Made by a program: the position numbers and the translations under genes. A stretch of 64,000 nucleotides of DNA, taken from positions 64,001-128,000 of the forward strand of contig JAYZQJ010000128.1 of NCBI GenBank assembly GCA_036149055.1, read 5' to 3'. The DNA comes from Myxococcota bacterium. GTDB lineage: Bacteria > Myxococcota_A > Polyangia > Polyangiales > Sandaracinaceae. How positions within the stretch are numbered: the first letter of the stretch is position 1; each line of letters opens with the position of its first letter. This document shows, one piece after another, positions 19,349 through 29,276 of this stretch. The notes under the pieces were generated by a model. That model had not been told where the DNA came from and ran no database searches. It saw only the letters and a program-made list of their open reading frames with translations.

Positions 19349-19887
19349 TCGGGCGCGGCGAACACCCGCTGGTGCAGCCAGGGCTCGTCGTCGAGCTCGG
19401 GGTGGAACGTCGCGCCCCAGATCGTCCCCGCGCGGACGAGCACCGGCTCGCCGTCCAGCGTCAGCTCGACCGACACGCCGGCGCCCACCCGAGTCACCCG
19501 GGGCGCGCGGATGAGGGTGATCGGGCGGCCGTCGTCGGCGCGCCGCTCCGCGCTGTGCACCTGACGGCCCCAGCCGTTGCGCGCCACGGCGACGTCGAGC
19601 CAGCCGAAGCTGGGCTGCGCCGGTCGGACCTCGGACGCGGCGAGGATCAGCCCGGCGCAGGTGGCCAGGGTGGGCTTGCCGGCGGCGGCGTGGCGCCGGA
19701 GCGCGTCCTCGAGCGGTCGGTCGAGCAGGCGGAGCATCGCGCCGCTCTCGCCGCCGGGAAGGACGAGGCCGTCGAGCGCCTCGACCTGCCCGGCGGCGCG
19801 GAGCTCGATCGCGTCGACGCCCAGCCGCGCCAGCGCGTCGAGGTGAAGCGCGAAGCCGCCCTGCAGCGCGAGGACGCCGACCCTCAT
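19276..19887 (-). CDS. pdxT: PLP synthase glutaminase subunit
   Basis: [36 protein letters not shown] coupling to pdxS. Confidence 0.93.
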   Translation of the reverse strand: MRVGVLALQGGFALHLDALARLGVDAIELRAAGQVEALDGLVLPGGESGAMLRLLDRPLEDALRRHAAAGKPTLATCAGLILAASEVRPAQPSFGWLDVAVARNGWGRQVHSAERRADDGRPITLIRAPRVTRVGAGVSVELTLDGEPVLVRAGTIWGATFHPELDDEPWLHQRVFAAPDYSGSIGSTARSSASQRSRHRARE

Positions 19888-20762
19888 CACCAGCCCCGCT
19901 GGGCGAGGCGCTGCTCGTCGCGGAGCGCGGCGCTCTCGGTCCCGCGCATCGCCTCGCCGAGCCCGGCGCTGAGCTCGGCGAGCTTCGCCGCGTCGCGCCA
20001 GTGGGTCACCGCCTCGACCACCGCCCGCGCCCTCCGGGCCGGCTCGGCGCTCAGGAAGATCCCGCTGCCGACGAAGACCGACTCGGCGCCGAGGGCCATG
20101 CACAGCGCCGCGTCCGCCGGCGTCGCCACCCCGCCGGCCGCGAACCGCGGCACCGGCAGCTTCCCCTCCCGCGCCACGTAGCGCACCTGCTCGAGGGGCG
20201 CGCCCAGCTCCCGCGCCTCGGCGACGAGCTGCTCCTCCGACAGCCCCTGGACGCGCCGGATCTGGGCCTGCACCGCCCGGAGGTGACGCACCGCCTGGCT
20301 CACGTCCCCGGTGCCCGCCTCGCCCTTGGTCCGGATCATCGCCGCGCCCTCCGCGATCCGGCGGAGCGCCTCCCCGAGGTCGGTGCAGCCGCAGACGAAG
20401 GGCACCCGGAAGGCGTGCTTGTCCACGTGGTGCGCCTGATCGGCGGGGGTCAGCACCTCGGACTCGTCGACGAAGTCGACCTCGAGCGCCTCGAGGATGC
20501 GCGCCTCCATCAGGTGCCCGATCCGGCACTTCGCCATCACCGGGATGGTCACCGCCTCCTGGATCCCCCGGATCATCTCCGGGTCGCTCGCCCGCGCGAC
20601 GCCGCCCTCGGCCCGGATGCGCGCCGGCACCCGCTCCAGCGCCATCACCGCCACCGCGCCCGCCTCCTCGGCGATCCGCGCCTGCGCCGGATCGACGACG
20701 TCCATGATGACGCCGCCCTTCAACATCTCGGCCAGCCCGACCTTGGTCTTCCAGTCTTTCAT
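19887..20762 (-). CDS. pdxS: PLP synthase lyase subunit
   Basis: [49 protein letters not shown]. Confidence 0.97.
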   Translation of the reverse strand: MKDWKTKVGLAEMLKGGVIMDVVDPAQARIAEEAGAVAVMALERVPARIRAEGGVARASDPEMIRGIQEAVTIPVMAKCRIGHLMEARILEALEVDFVDESEVLTPADQAHHVDKHAFRVPFVCGCTDLGEALRRIAEGAAMIRTKGEAGTGDVSQAVRHLRAVQAQIRRVQGLSEEQLVAEARELGAPLEQVRYVAREGKLPVPRFAAGGVATPADAALCMALGAESVFVGSGIFLSAEPARRARAVVEAVTHWRDAAKLAELSAGLGEAMRGTESAALRDEQRLAQRGW

Positions 20763-20870
20763 CGAACGCAGCTCTCCCTCGGGGGCGCGAGCGCCCCCGA
20801 CCGTGCCCGTGGCCCTGCCCGAGCAGAACCCCAGGATCCGTCTGTTCCAGGGCGCGAGCGCCCCGACCTC

Positions 20871-22379
20871 TCACACCAGGTCGACCACCGCCGCCTCACC
20901 GCGCGGCGCCTCGCGCACCGCCTCGATGGCCTCGGCCACCCGCGCGGCCCCGAGCCGCAGCCGCTCCTCGGGCTCGGCGCAGAAGTTGAGGCGCAGCCCC
21001 GGCCGCGTGCCCTCGTCGACCGCGAAGTGCCGACCGGGCGAGACCACCACGCCGCGGCTCAGCCCCTCCTCGAACACCCGCCCCGGATCGACCCGCCGCG
21101 GCAGCTCGAGCCAGACGCTCAACCCACGCACGGGTCGTTGCCAGCGCACGTCGCGCGGGAGGTGCTCGCGGAGCCCGTCGCAGAGCGCGTCGCGGCGGCC
21201 GCGGTAGAACGGCCGGAGCTTGTTGAGGTGCGCCGCGAGGTAGCCGCGCTCGAGCAGCTCGGCGAGGGCGAGCTGGGTCAGCGCGGAGCTGCCGAGATCG
21301 CTCGTGTGCTTGAGCGCGAGCAGGTACGGCTGCAGCGCCGGGGGCACCACCAGGTAGCCGATGCGCAACGCGGGGATGAGGCGCTTGCTGAAGGTGCCGA
21401 CGTGGATCACGTCCGCGTCGAGCGCCCGGAGCGCGGGCGGGGGAGGCTCGTCCTCGAGCTCGAGATCGGCCGCGTAGTCGTCCTCGATCACCGCCACCTG
21501 CGCGTCGCGCGCCCAGTCGAGCACCGCCTGCCGCCGGGCCGCGGTCATGCACGCGCCGGTCGGGTTGACGTGGTTGGGCATCAGGTAGAGCGCCTTCGGC
21601 CGGCGGGCCCCGAGCCGCCGCAGCGCGCCGACGTCCGGGCCCTCCTCGTCGCTCGGCACGCCGACCACATGCGCGCCGGTGGCGGCGAAGACCTGGAGCG
21701 CGCCCGCGTAGGTGGAGGCGTGGGTCAGCACCACGTCGCCCGGCCCGAGGAGGGCGCGCGCCATCAGATCGAGCCCCTGCTGGCTGCCCGTGGTCACGAG
21801 CACGTCGTCCGCTGCGCAGGGCACCGCGAGCCGCGCCAGGTCCTCGACGATCGCCTGACGCAGGCGCCGGAAGCCCTCCTTGGGCGCGTAGCCGAGCGCC
21901 TTGGCGCCGTTGGTGCGCAGCACGTGCTCGACGCACCGGCGGAAGAGCTCGGTCGGCAGCAGCTCCGGGGGCGGCTGCATCCGGGTGAGGTCGACCGCGC
22001 CGTGCGGCACCGAGGTCCGCCGGGCCCGGCGGAAGCGCTCCATCGGCTCCGCCCGCGCCGCCTCGCTCACCATCGACGGCCAGGGCAGCCCCCGCCGCCG
22101 CGCCGGGGCGCTCGGGGCGTCGTCCGCGAAGCGCGGCGCCTTCACGAACGACCCGCGCCCCACGGTGGAGCTCAAGAAGCCGGCCGCCTCCAGCTCGGCG
22201 TAGGCGCGGACCACCGTGTTCCGGTGCAGGCCCAGCTCCGAGGCGAGCGCGCGGGTCGGCGGGAGGCGGTAGCCGTCGGGGAACGCGCCGCAGCGGATGC
22301 GCTCGGCGATCTGCTCGAAGAGCTGCTGGTAGAGCGGAGCCCCACCCCGGGTCTGGACCGCGATGCCGAGCGCGTTCAT
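20871..22379 (-). CDS. MocR/GabR-family (PdxR-like) regulator: GntR wHTH + PLP-binding aminotransferase domain
   Basis: LYQQL...RLPPTRALASELGLHRNTVVRAY; GSQQGL, NPTG, IEDDY, TFSK, LRIGY; lies directly upstream of pdxST. Confidence 0.92.
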   Translation of the reverse strand: MNALGIAVQTRGGAPLYQQLFEQIAERIRCGAFPDGYRLPPTRALASELGLHRNTVVRAYAELEAAGFLSSTVGRGSFVKAPRFADDAPSAPARRRGLPWPSMVSEAARAEPMERFRRARRTSVPHGAVDLTRMQPPPELLPTELFRRCVEHVLRTNGAKALGYAPKEGFRRLRQAIVEDLARLAVPCAADDVLVTTGSQQGLDLMARALLGPGDVVLTHASTYAGALQVFAATGAHVVGVPSDEEGPDVGALRRLGARRPKALYLMPNHVNPTGACMTAARRQAVLDWARDAQVAVIEDDYAADLELEDEPPPPALRALDADVIHVGTFSKRLIPALRIGYLVVPPALQPYLLALKHTSDLGSSALTQLALAELLERGYLAAHLNKLRPFYRGRRDALCDGLREHLPRDVRWQRPVRGLSVWLELPRRVDPGRVFEEGLSRGVVVSPGRHFAVDEGTRPGLRLNFCAEPEERLRLGAARVAEAIEAVREAPRGEAAVVDLV

Positions 22380-22389
22380 GGGGAGAGCC

Positions 22390-22526
22390 TGGTCCAATAC
22401 CGGGTCGCGCTCAATGGACAAGCGCCGGTTCGGGGGTGTTCGGGGCGACCAATCGCCACGAATTGGACCACTGTGGCGTGCCAATACATGCAGAGAGAGC
22501 GGACCAAACCTCCGCCAAGCGATTGG
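22390..22526. promoter_or_regulatory. Putative MocR operator / divergent promoter
   Basis: TGGTCCAAT (22390-22398) and its reverse complement ATTGGACCA (22462-22470), plus partial CCAAT/ATTGG copies in an AT-richer gap. Confidence 0.55.
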
Positions 22527-22589
22527 AAACGTTCCACGCGACGGGCGGCGCGGCGGCCCGGGGTCGCCGGAGCCGGCATGATGATCGGC

Positions 22590-24176
22590 ATGGACGAGCT
22601 CGATCTCGGACCGGTGGAGGCGATGCCCGAGGGCGCGCCGACGCTGTGCAAGGCGGCCGACGGACGGCGCTTCGTGTGCGTGCGGCGCGGCGGCGACGTG
22701 CACGTGCTCGACGACCGCTGCCCCCACGAGGGCTACCCGCTCTCGCAGGGCGAGGTCCGGGGCGACGTGCTGACCTGCTGCTGGCACAACTGGAAGTTCG
22801 ACCTCGCCTCCGGCGACTGCCTGTTCGGCGGCGAGCCGGTGCGGCGCTATCCGGCGTGGGTCGAGGCGGGGCGGCTGCGGGTGGACGCGCGGCTGGATCC
22901 GGCGCGAGAGCGGGCGCGGGTCGCGGCGTCGATGCGAGGCGCGCTCCGGGAGGGCTCCCTCGGCAGCGTGATGCGCGACGCGCTCCGCCTCGACGCGCTC
23001 CAGGGTGGGCTGGACCCGGCGATCGAGGTGCTGGCGCGAGACGCGGCCCGGCGCGCGCCGTGGGGCTTCGAGCACGGGCTGGCGCTCATCGCCGAGGCGG
23101 CGCCCTGGATCGATCGCGCCGGCTTCGCCGCGCTGAGCGCCCACGTCGCCGAGCCGCTGCTGAACGCGCCGGAGCGAGAGGCGGCGGCGCCGAAGGAGGG
23201 CTCCCCCGGCGACCTGCTCGAGGCCCTGCGCGACGAGCGGCGAGGGGACGCGGAGGCCCTCGCGCGCCACCTCGCTGACCAGCCCGCGCTGTTCGACGAG
23301 GCGCTGCTCCCGTGGCTCTCCGAGGACCTGACCGACTACGGCCACGGCGCGATCTACGCGTTCGAGGCGCGCCAGCTGATCGCGCGCTTCCCCGCCCTCG
23401 CCGAGGACGTGGCCGCGGCCCTCGTCGTCTCGCTCTCGTGGGCCACCCGGGACAGCGCGCTGCCCGGCTGGGGGGCGACCCACCGCGGCGTGCGCGAGGC
23501 CGCGGCGGTGGGGAGCGCGCCGGCCGACGACGCCTACGTGGACGAGGTGCTCGCCTCGGAGCGCCAGGCCGTCGAGGCGTGCCTGGCGCGGCTGCGGGCG
23601 GGCGTGGATCCGCGCGATCTCCTCCGCCTCTCCGCGCGGGCGGCGGCCGAGCGCCTGCGCCGCTTCGACCCGGCGTGGGAGCGCCGCCTCGACGCACCGG
23701 TGACCGTGCTCGACGTCAGCCACGCGCTCACCTTCACCGACGCCGCGCTCGCGCTGTCGCCGAGCCCGGAGCTGGCCGCGCGCTTCGCGGTCCAGAGCGC
23801 CGGGTTCGTCGGCAAGCTGCGCGCCGCCGACGGAGAGCCGCCGCGCCCGAGAGACGGCGGGACGCTCGACGCGGCGCTCGCCGCGCGCGACCTGGAGGGC
23901 GCGCTCGGCGCGCTCGAGACGCCGGGCTTCTACGAGATGCTCCGCCCGTTCGCGCTCTCGAGCGCGTTCGTCCGCCCCATCTTCGCGGCCCACGCGGTGA
24001 AGACGGCCGAGGCCTGCCGGCGTCTGGAGGCCGAGGATCCGGAGGCCGCCGCGCTGCACCGAGCGGCGGCGGTCACCCTCTCGGTCCCGCGGCGACCCGA
24101 GCGCTTCTTCGACCGCACCGCCGAGGTGGCCGAGCGCTTCCTCGAGACCGGCAAGCCGCCGCCCGGGCTCTATTGA
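22590..24176 (+). CDS. Rieske [2Fe-2S] ferredoxin fused to a large helical domain of unknown function
   Basis: CPHEG...CCWHNW Rieske ligands followed by a ~420-aa extension. Start is ATG 22590 (or 22578). Confidence 0.85.
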   Translation: MDELDLGPVEAMPEGAPTLCKAADGRRFVCVRRGGDVHVLDDRCPHEGYPLSQGEVRGDVLTCCWHNWKFDLASGDCLFGGEPVRRYPAWVEAGRLRVDARLDPARERARVAASMRGALREGSLGSVMRDALRLDALQGGLDPAIEVLARDAARRAPWGFEHGLALIAEAAPWIDRAGFAALSAHVAEPLLNAPEREAAAPKEGSPGDLLEALRDERRGDAEALARHLADQPALFDEALLPWLSEDLTDYGHGAIYAFEARQLIARFPALAEDVAAALVVSLSWATRDSALPGWGATHRGVREAAAVGSAPADDAYVDEVLASERQAVEACLARLRAGVDPRDLLRLSARAAAERLRRFDPAWERRLDAPVTVLDVSHALTFTDAALALSPSPELAARFAVQSAGFVGKLRAADGEPPRPRDGGTLDAALAARDLEGALGALETPGFYEMLRPFALSSAFVRPIFAAHAVKTAEACRRLEAEDPEAAALHRAAAVTLSVPRRPERFFDRTAEVAERFLETGKPPPGLY

Positions 24177-24652
24177 GGAGCGGGCGGGAAGTCGGTGAGG
24201 ACCCGCCTCGCGGCCGCGCGCAGCTCGTCGTCGCCGAGCGACCGCACGTCGTCCGAGGAGACCGCGCCCTGCCAGAAGGTCGCGCCGGTCTCTCGCTCGA
24301 CCGCGCGCAGCTCGAGGCGGCCGGCCTGATAGCGCCGCTCCACGCGCCGCTCGCCGCGGACGAAGCGGCCTTCGAACGAGTAGGTGTCGCGCTCGACCCG
24401 CTCGCCGATCTTGGCCTGCCCGAGGATCCACACGTCGGCCCGGTCTCGCGGCGCCGCGCGCCAGCCCCGGGCGTGGAGCTCGCGGCGGAGCTGCTCGCGA
24501 AACGAGCCCCCGCGCTGGTCGGTCGGCTCGCGATGCACGAGGGCGTAGCTCCGAGCCCGGGCCGGGGCCGGCTGCACGACGGCGGACTCCACATGCAGGC
24601 TCGCGCCGCACGCGACGAGGAGGACGGCCAGGGCGGGGAGCAGGCGGCGCAC
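24170..24652 (-). CDS. Lipoprotein (DUF4136-like)
   Basis: Lipobox LVAC; YQAGRLEL...FWQG and FPP end. Confidence 0.7.
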   Translation of the reverse strand: MRRLLPALAVLLVACGASLHVESAVVQPAPARARSYALVHREPTDQRGGSFREQLRRELHARGWRAAPRDRADVWILGQAKIGERVERDTYSFEGRFVRGERRVERRYQAGRLELRAVERETGATFWQGAVSSDDVRSLGDDELRAAARRVLTDFPPAPQ

Positions 24653-24753
24653 GTCCCGGAGCTAGGGTCGCGGGCGGCCGACACAAGCCGCCGGACTTGC
24701 CACCGATCGCGCCGCGAGAGCGACATCGAGGGCGATTGCTGCGACGATGTCGC

Positions 24754-26250
24754 ATGCACCGCGCCGCGCTCCCCTTGCTGCTCACCCTCGCGCTGGGCTG
24801 CGACCCTGGCGAGATGACCTTCGACGCCGGACCCGACGGGCGCCGTGACGCCGGGGGCGACGCCGCCAGTGACGCGGCGACCGACGGAGGCGACGAGGAC
24901 GCGGGCCCGATCGACGCCGGGCCGCCCCCGGAGCCGGAGCCGGCGACCGAGCTCGGCGATCCGATGCAGGAGGAGTGGGTCTTCGTGCAGAGCCACCTGC
25001 ACACCACCGGCTTCCACACCTGCGCCGACGCGCCGACCATGCCGACCGGCCCGGAGGCCGACTGCTACACCAGCGAGGGGATCACCGCGTTCCTCGAGGA
25101 GGCGCTGGCGCGCGACGCGAGCGACATGGTGATCACCGACCACAACAACATCGACGCGTGGTTCGACCCGGCGTTCGTGCCGCTCGCCGACGAAACCCGC
25201 ACCCGCTACGCGACCCCGCTGCGCGGCACCGAGTGGAGCAGCCGCGACGGCCACATGACGCTGCTCTTCCCGTCGGAGGTGGTGAGCGACAACATGGCCG
25301 CCATCGCGAACGGCTGGGTCTTCGCCGCGGGCAACCGCGTGCCGGTCTCGGGCGCGTCCGACTACGAGATGGCGATCGACAGCGTGCACGCGGTCGGGGG
25401 CATCGCGATCATCAACCACCCCGAGCTGCTCATCCACGCGTTCCCCGAGGACAGCCTCGACGCGGACGGGGTGGAGGTGGGCATCCCGCCGAACCCGCTC
25501 GACGACGTCGGCGGCGGGGCGGTCAGCGCGCACTCCTCGGCCGAGGCGCGCCGCTACTGGCAGCGCCGGCTGGTGAGCGGGCAGCGGCTCGCGGGCACCG
25601 CGGGCGCGGATCATCATCACGGCGGCGGAGACATCCCGGGCCTGGAGTCGCCGACCTTCGGGCTGGCGGTGAACCTCATCCGCGTCGACCCCGCGCTGCC
25701 GAACACCGTCGACGTCGAGGCCGCGCTCGCCGATCCCGCGACCACCATCGACCAGCGCACCGCGATCGTCATGGACGCGATCCGCCGCGGGCACGTGATG
25801 GTGGTGGAGGACGAGGGGGCGGCCCGGGTCTTCGTCGGCGCCGACGTCGACGGCGACGGGCGCTTCCACGACGCGCGCGCCGGGGACTGCGTGCTCGAGG
25901 CCGACGGAGAGCTGCGCCTGCGCGTGCGCATCGAGGGCGCGTCCGCCTCGTTCGGCAGCGGCCACTACAACCTCGAGGTGTGGACGCACGCGGACGACGC
26001 GTCGCCCGAGTGGTTCGTGGAGGTGGACTACGACGACGGCTTCCCGGCCGACCCGCGCTACGAGGTCGACCCCGTCGACCCGTTCACCATCGAGCTCACC
26101 CTCCCCTACGCCGCCGACGAGGCGCGCTTCGTCCGCTTCGTGCTCGTGCGCGACGTGGTCGGCCCGGTGAACGACACCGAGGTGGTGACGAACCCGGTCT
26201 ACTACGGCGCCTGGGGCGCCGAATGCGACGGCGCCTCTCCTCTGTACTGA
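24754..26250 (+). CDS. Lipoprotein with PHP-like (CehA/McbA-type) metallohydrolase domain
   Basis: ALGC; HLHT, ITDHN, GTEWS..GH, INHP, GADHH. Confidence 0.8.
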   Translation: MHRAALPLLLTLALGCDPGEMTFDAGPDGRRDAGGDAASDAATDGGDEDAGPIDAGPPPEPEPATELGDPMQEEWVFVQSHLHTTGFHTCADAPTMPTGPEADCYTSEGITAFLEEALARDASDMVITDHNNIDAWFDPAFVPLADETRTRYATPLRGTEWSSRDGHMTLLFPSEVVSDNMAAIANGWVFAAGNRVPVSGASDYEMAIDSVHAVGGIAIINHPELLIHAFPEDSLDADGVEVGIPPNPLDDVGGGAVSAHSSAEARRYWQRRLVSGQRLAGTAGADHHHGGGDIPGLESPTFGLAVNLIRVDPALPNTVDVEAALADPATTIDQRTAIVMDAIRRGHVMVVEDEGAARVFVGADVDGDGRFHDARAGDCVLEADGELRLRVRIEGASASFGSGHYNLEVWTHADDASPEWFVEVDYDDGFPADPRYEVDPVDPFTIELTLPYAADEARFVRFVLVRDVVGPVNDTEVVTNPVYYGAWGAECDGASPLY

Positions 26251-26261
26251 AACGGGGACCC

Positions 26262-26332
26262 GGGGACGGAGTGAACTTGTGAACCTGCGTAGGCGTTCGG
26301 ACTACATGAGTTAACAAGTTCACTCCGTCCCC
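26262..26332. repeat. Complete 71-nt palindromic REP/MITE-like element
   Basis: Perfect 19-bp inverted repeat ggggacggagtgaacttgt / acaagttcactccgtcccc around a GTAG...CTAC core; lies between convergent genes. Confidence 0.88.
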
Positions 26333-26359
26333 CCGTCCTCGTTCGAGGGCTCGCGGGGC

Positions 26360-27028
26360 TCAGGTGGCGACGAGGCCGGGCTCGAAGCGGGGGCGGAGGC
26401 CGTCGGGGGTGCGCGCGGCGGGGTAGACGTCGCGGTCGTCGGCGAAGAACCAGAGGGGCTCGGAGGTCGCGTCGGGGAGGAGCGTGACCGGGCGGTGCGA
26501 GCCGCGCCAGGCCTGGAGCAGGGCGTCGAGGGCGTCGAGGTCCGCGGCGAGGTCGGCGCCCGGGCCGGCGACGAAGCGCTCGCGGTCGACGCGCAGCTCG
26601 GCGGGGAAGCGCCCGAGGAGCGGGTCGAGCTCCATCTGCAGGCAGCGCACCGCCTCGTCCCGGGTGAACGGCGGCAGCTGGCCGGGCAGCTCGGGGAGCA
26701 CGCGGCGCAGGGCGGCCTCGTCGGCGACGAAGACGCCGTGTCGAGCGACGGTCCAGGACGGCCGGTAGAGGGGCCACCGGTCCTCCTCGATCTCCCGGGC
26801 GAGCTCGTCGAGCGGCGGCATGAGCAGGACGAGGTCTCCCGCGCGCCGCGGCGAGACGAAGGCGCCGCCGCAGTCGGGGCTGCCGCACATCTCGCACGCC
26901 TCGAGGTTGACCGGCGGGTCGCTCCAGTCGGAGAGATCGAGCGTCTTGGCCAGCTCGACCCCGTCGGCGTAGAGGCCGTCGCGACCGATCGAGCGACGTC
27001 GGCGGCCGAGCTCCGCGGGCTTCCACAC
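26360..27028 (-). CDS. Hypothetical protein with CxxCxxxxC motif
   Basis: GTG 27028 lies 2 bp after the pssA-like stop; CEMCGSPDC. Confidence 0.6.
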   Translation of the reverse strand: MWKPAELGRRRRSIGRDGLYADGVELAKTLDLSDWSDPPVNLEACEMCGSPDCGGAFVSPRRAGDLVLLMPPLDELAREIEEDRWPLYRPSWTVARHGVFVADEAALRRVLPELPGQLPPFTRDEAVRCLQMELDPLLGRFPAELRVDRERFVAGPGADLAADLDALDALLQAWRGSHRPVTLLPDATSEPLWFFADDRDVYPAARTPDGLRPRFEPGLVAT

Positions 27029-27030
27029 GG

Positions 27031-27696
27031 CTACGGCTTCGGGATGCGCAGGGTGGCGCTCACCATCGCGGTGCCGCTCAGCGCATACATCAGGACGATG
27101 GGGTGCAGCTGCCAGGGGCCGAGCTGGATTGCGCCGAGCCAGAGGGCGTCGTGCACGGCCGAGGTGCCGAACGCGACGGCCAGCACCGCGACGAGGGCGA
27201 GGCTGGTCGGGATGGGCGTGCCCTCGAAGTGGCTGACCTTGCCCTCGTCGGTCATCAGGTCGTTCGCGGTGACGTTGAAGCGCGCGAGCCGGCTGATGCC
27301 GCAGCCGACGAAGTAGATCAGCACCACCGCGTCCCAGCCCCCGCGCAGGCCGAGCGCGAAGCCGAGCGCGGCGGGGGCGACGCCGAAGGAGACCACGTCG
27401 GCCAGCGAGTCGAGGTCGGCGCCGAAGGGCGAGCTCCGCTTGCGCCACCGGGCGACGCTGCCGTCGAGCACGTCGGCGGCGAGCGAGATCGGGAACAGGC
27501 CCAGGGCGGTCCACATCAGGACCCGGTCGAGCGAGGCGACGTACGCCATGCAGAGCAGCACCGCGCCCATGCCGGCCGCGCCGTTGGTGAGCGTGATGAA
27601 GTCCGCGAGCGAGAAGCTCCGGAGCATGGTGAGGCGCTTTGGCCGCGGCCGGGGCTCGTCCGCTTCGAATCCGTCCTGCTTCATCGTCTCGTCCAT
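27031..27696 (-). CDS. pssA: CDP-alcohol phosphatidyltransferase (phosphatidylserine synthase-like)
   Basis: DVLDGSVAR...GADLDSLADVVSFGVAP, RLARFN, FEGTPIP. Confidence 0.85.
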   Translation of the reverse strand: MDETMKQDGFEADEPRPRPKRLTMLRSFSLADFITLTNGAAGMGAVLLCMAYVASLDRVLMWTALGLFPISLAADVLDGSVARWRKRSSPFGADLDSLADVVSFGVAPAALGFALGLRGGWDAVVLIYFVGCGISRLARFNVTANDLMTDEGKVSHFEGTPIPTSLALVAVLAVAFGTSAVHDALWLGAIQLGPWQLHPIVLMYALSGTAMVSATLRIPKP

Positions 27697-27748
27697 GCGG
27701 CCCCGGTCTTGCGCCACGGCCCGCGGCGACCACTTTCCCCGTAGACAC

Positions 27749-29116
27749 GTGTCTCGCGCAAGCAACGCGGTGGAGACGGCCCTCTTCGGGCCGGACGACG
27801 AATACCCGCTTCACATCCGATTGGCGCGCCGCACGGCCCGAGTGCTGTGGCTGGCGGGGCGTGGCTTCGTGCGCGACGAGGGGTTCCACCACGCCTCCGC
27901 CCTCGCGTTCGACACCGTGCTGGCTCTGGTGCCGCTGCTGATCATCGTGGCCGGGGTGCTGCGGGCGCTCGGCGCCTGGAACCAGTTCCTCGCCTCGACC
28001 ATCGAGCCCTGGCTCGAGATGACCCTCGGCCAGAGCCCCGAGAACATGGTCACGATGCGCGAGGCCTTCGTGAAGGTCATCGAGCTCGGCGAGAAGGCCG
28101 ACGTGACCGCGCTCGGCTTCATCGGCGTGATCGCCCTCCTCTACCTCGTGCTGATCCTGCTCACGACGGTAGAGACCACCCTCAACCGCATCTGGGGCGC
28201 GCGCCGGCCGCGGAGCCTGGTGCGGCGGGCCGCCGACTACGCGGCCATCCTCTTCGTGATCCCCTTCGGGCTCGTCCTGGCGACCGCGATGGGCGCCGGC
28301 CTCGGCGACTTCGCCTGGCTCGGCGGCTTCCGCGGCTTCGTCCGGGAGGTCGTCGCGATGCTCGCCGTCTCCGGCGTGCTGACCTTCCTCTACCTCGTCA
28401 TGCCGGCGGCCCGCAGCCGCTTCCGCTCGGCCCTGATCGGCGGCCTGGTGGCGGGCGCCTTCTGGCACCTCGGGCTCGAGGCCTACGCCCAGCTCCAGAT
28501 CGGGGTGGCCCGCTACAACGTCATCTACTCCGGCTTCGCCACCCTGCCGCTCTTCCTGGTCTGGATCTTCGTCAGCTGGCTGCTCGTGCTCTTCGGCGCC
28601 GAGCTCGCCGCGGCCCACCAGGACGAGAGCGGCTTCCGGTGGCGGGTGCGCGACGGCGAGGCGAGCGCCCGGACCCGGCATCGCCTCGGGGTGCGCTTCA
28701 CCGCCGAGATCGCCCGGTCGTTCGTCCGGGGAGAGCCGCCCCCCGACGTGCGCCAGCACGCCGAGGAGTCGTCGATCCCGACCCGCCTCGCCGAGGACGT
28801 GCTCGACGACCTCGCCCGGCACGGCATCGTCCTGCGCGCCCACCGCGACGGCGTCCCGACCTACGTGCTCAGCCGCGATCCCCGCACCCTCCGGCTCAGC
28901 GACGTGCTGCTCGCCCTCGACGAGTCCGCCGACCCCTACGAGCTCGGCCACCCCCGGAGCGACGAGGAGGCCAAGCAGCTCGCGGCCCTGGTCGACGACC
29001 TCGAGAAGGCCCCCGAGGGCGCGCCCGCCAACCTCAGCCTCCGCGAGCTCGTCGAGTGGCTCGAGGCCGAGCACATCGAGCCCGAGACCCGCCGCGTCAC
29101 GACGACGCATCATTGA
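27749..29116 (+). CDS. YihY/BrkB family membrane protein with C-terminal Rrf2-like wHTH
   Basis: ASALAFDTVLALVP, LNRIW, YNVIYSGFATLPLFLVWIFVSW..VLFGAE. Start is uncertain. Confidence 0.88.
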   Translation: MSRASNAVETALFGPDDEYPLHIRLARRTARVLWLAGRGFVRDEGFHHASALAFDTVLALVPLLIIVAGVLRALGAWNQFLASTIEPWLEMTLGQSPENMVTMREAFVKVIELGEKADVTALGFIGVIALLYLVLILLTTVETTLNRIWGARRPRSLVRRAADYAAILFVIPFGLVLATAMGAGLGDFAWLGGFRGFVREVVAMLAVSGVLTFLYLVMPAARSRFRSALIGGLVAGAFWHLGLEAYAQLQIGVARYNVIYSGFATLPLFLVWIFVSWLLVLFGAELAAAHQDESGFRWRVRDGEASARTRHRLGVRFTAEIARSFVRGEPPPDVRQHAEESSIPTRLAEDVLDDLARHGIVLRAHRDGVPTYVLSRDPRTLRLSDVLLALDESADPYELGHPRSDEEAKQLAALVDDLEKAPEGAPANLSLRELVEWLEAEHIEPETRRVTTTHH

Positions 29117-29276
29117 GGCCGGGTCCGGCGGCGACGGAAGAAGCCGATCCAAACAGACGCTTGTGGCCGGGTGCCCCGGGTCTAAGGAGGGGCGTTGGAG
29201 GTGGCGGTTGAGCAGTCCGGACGACACGGCGACGGTGCGACGACACGACGCGGCGGTGCTGAGGAGCGGTGAGCGC

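Noticed and set aside
20001..25040. Two overlapping ~1,390-aa ORFs on opposite strands
   Set aside because: High-GC over-extensions of the Rieske (22590) and MocR (22379) genes through antisense frames.
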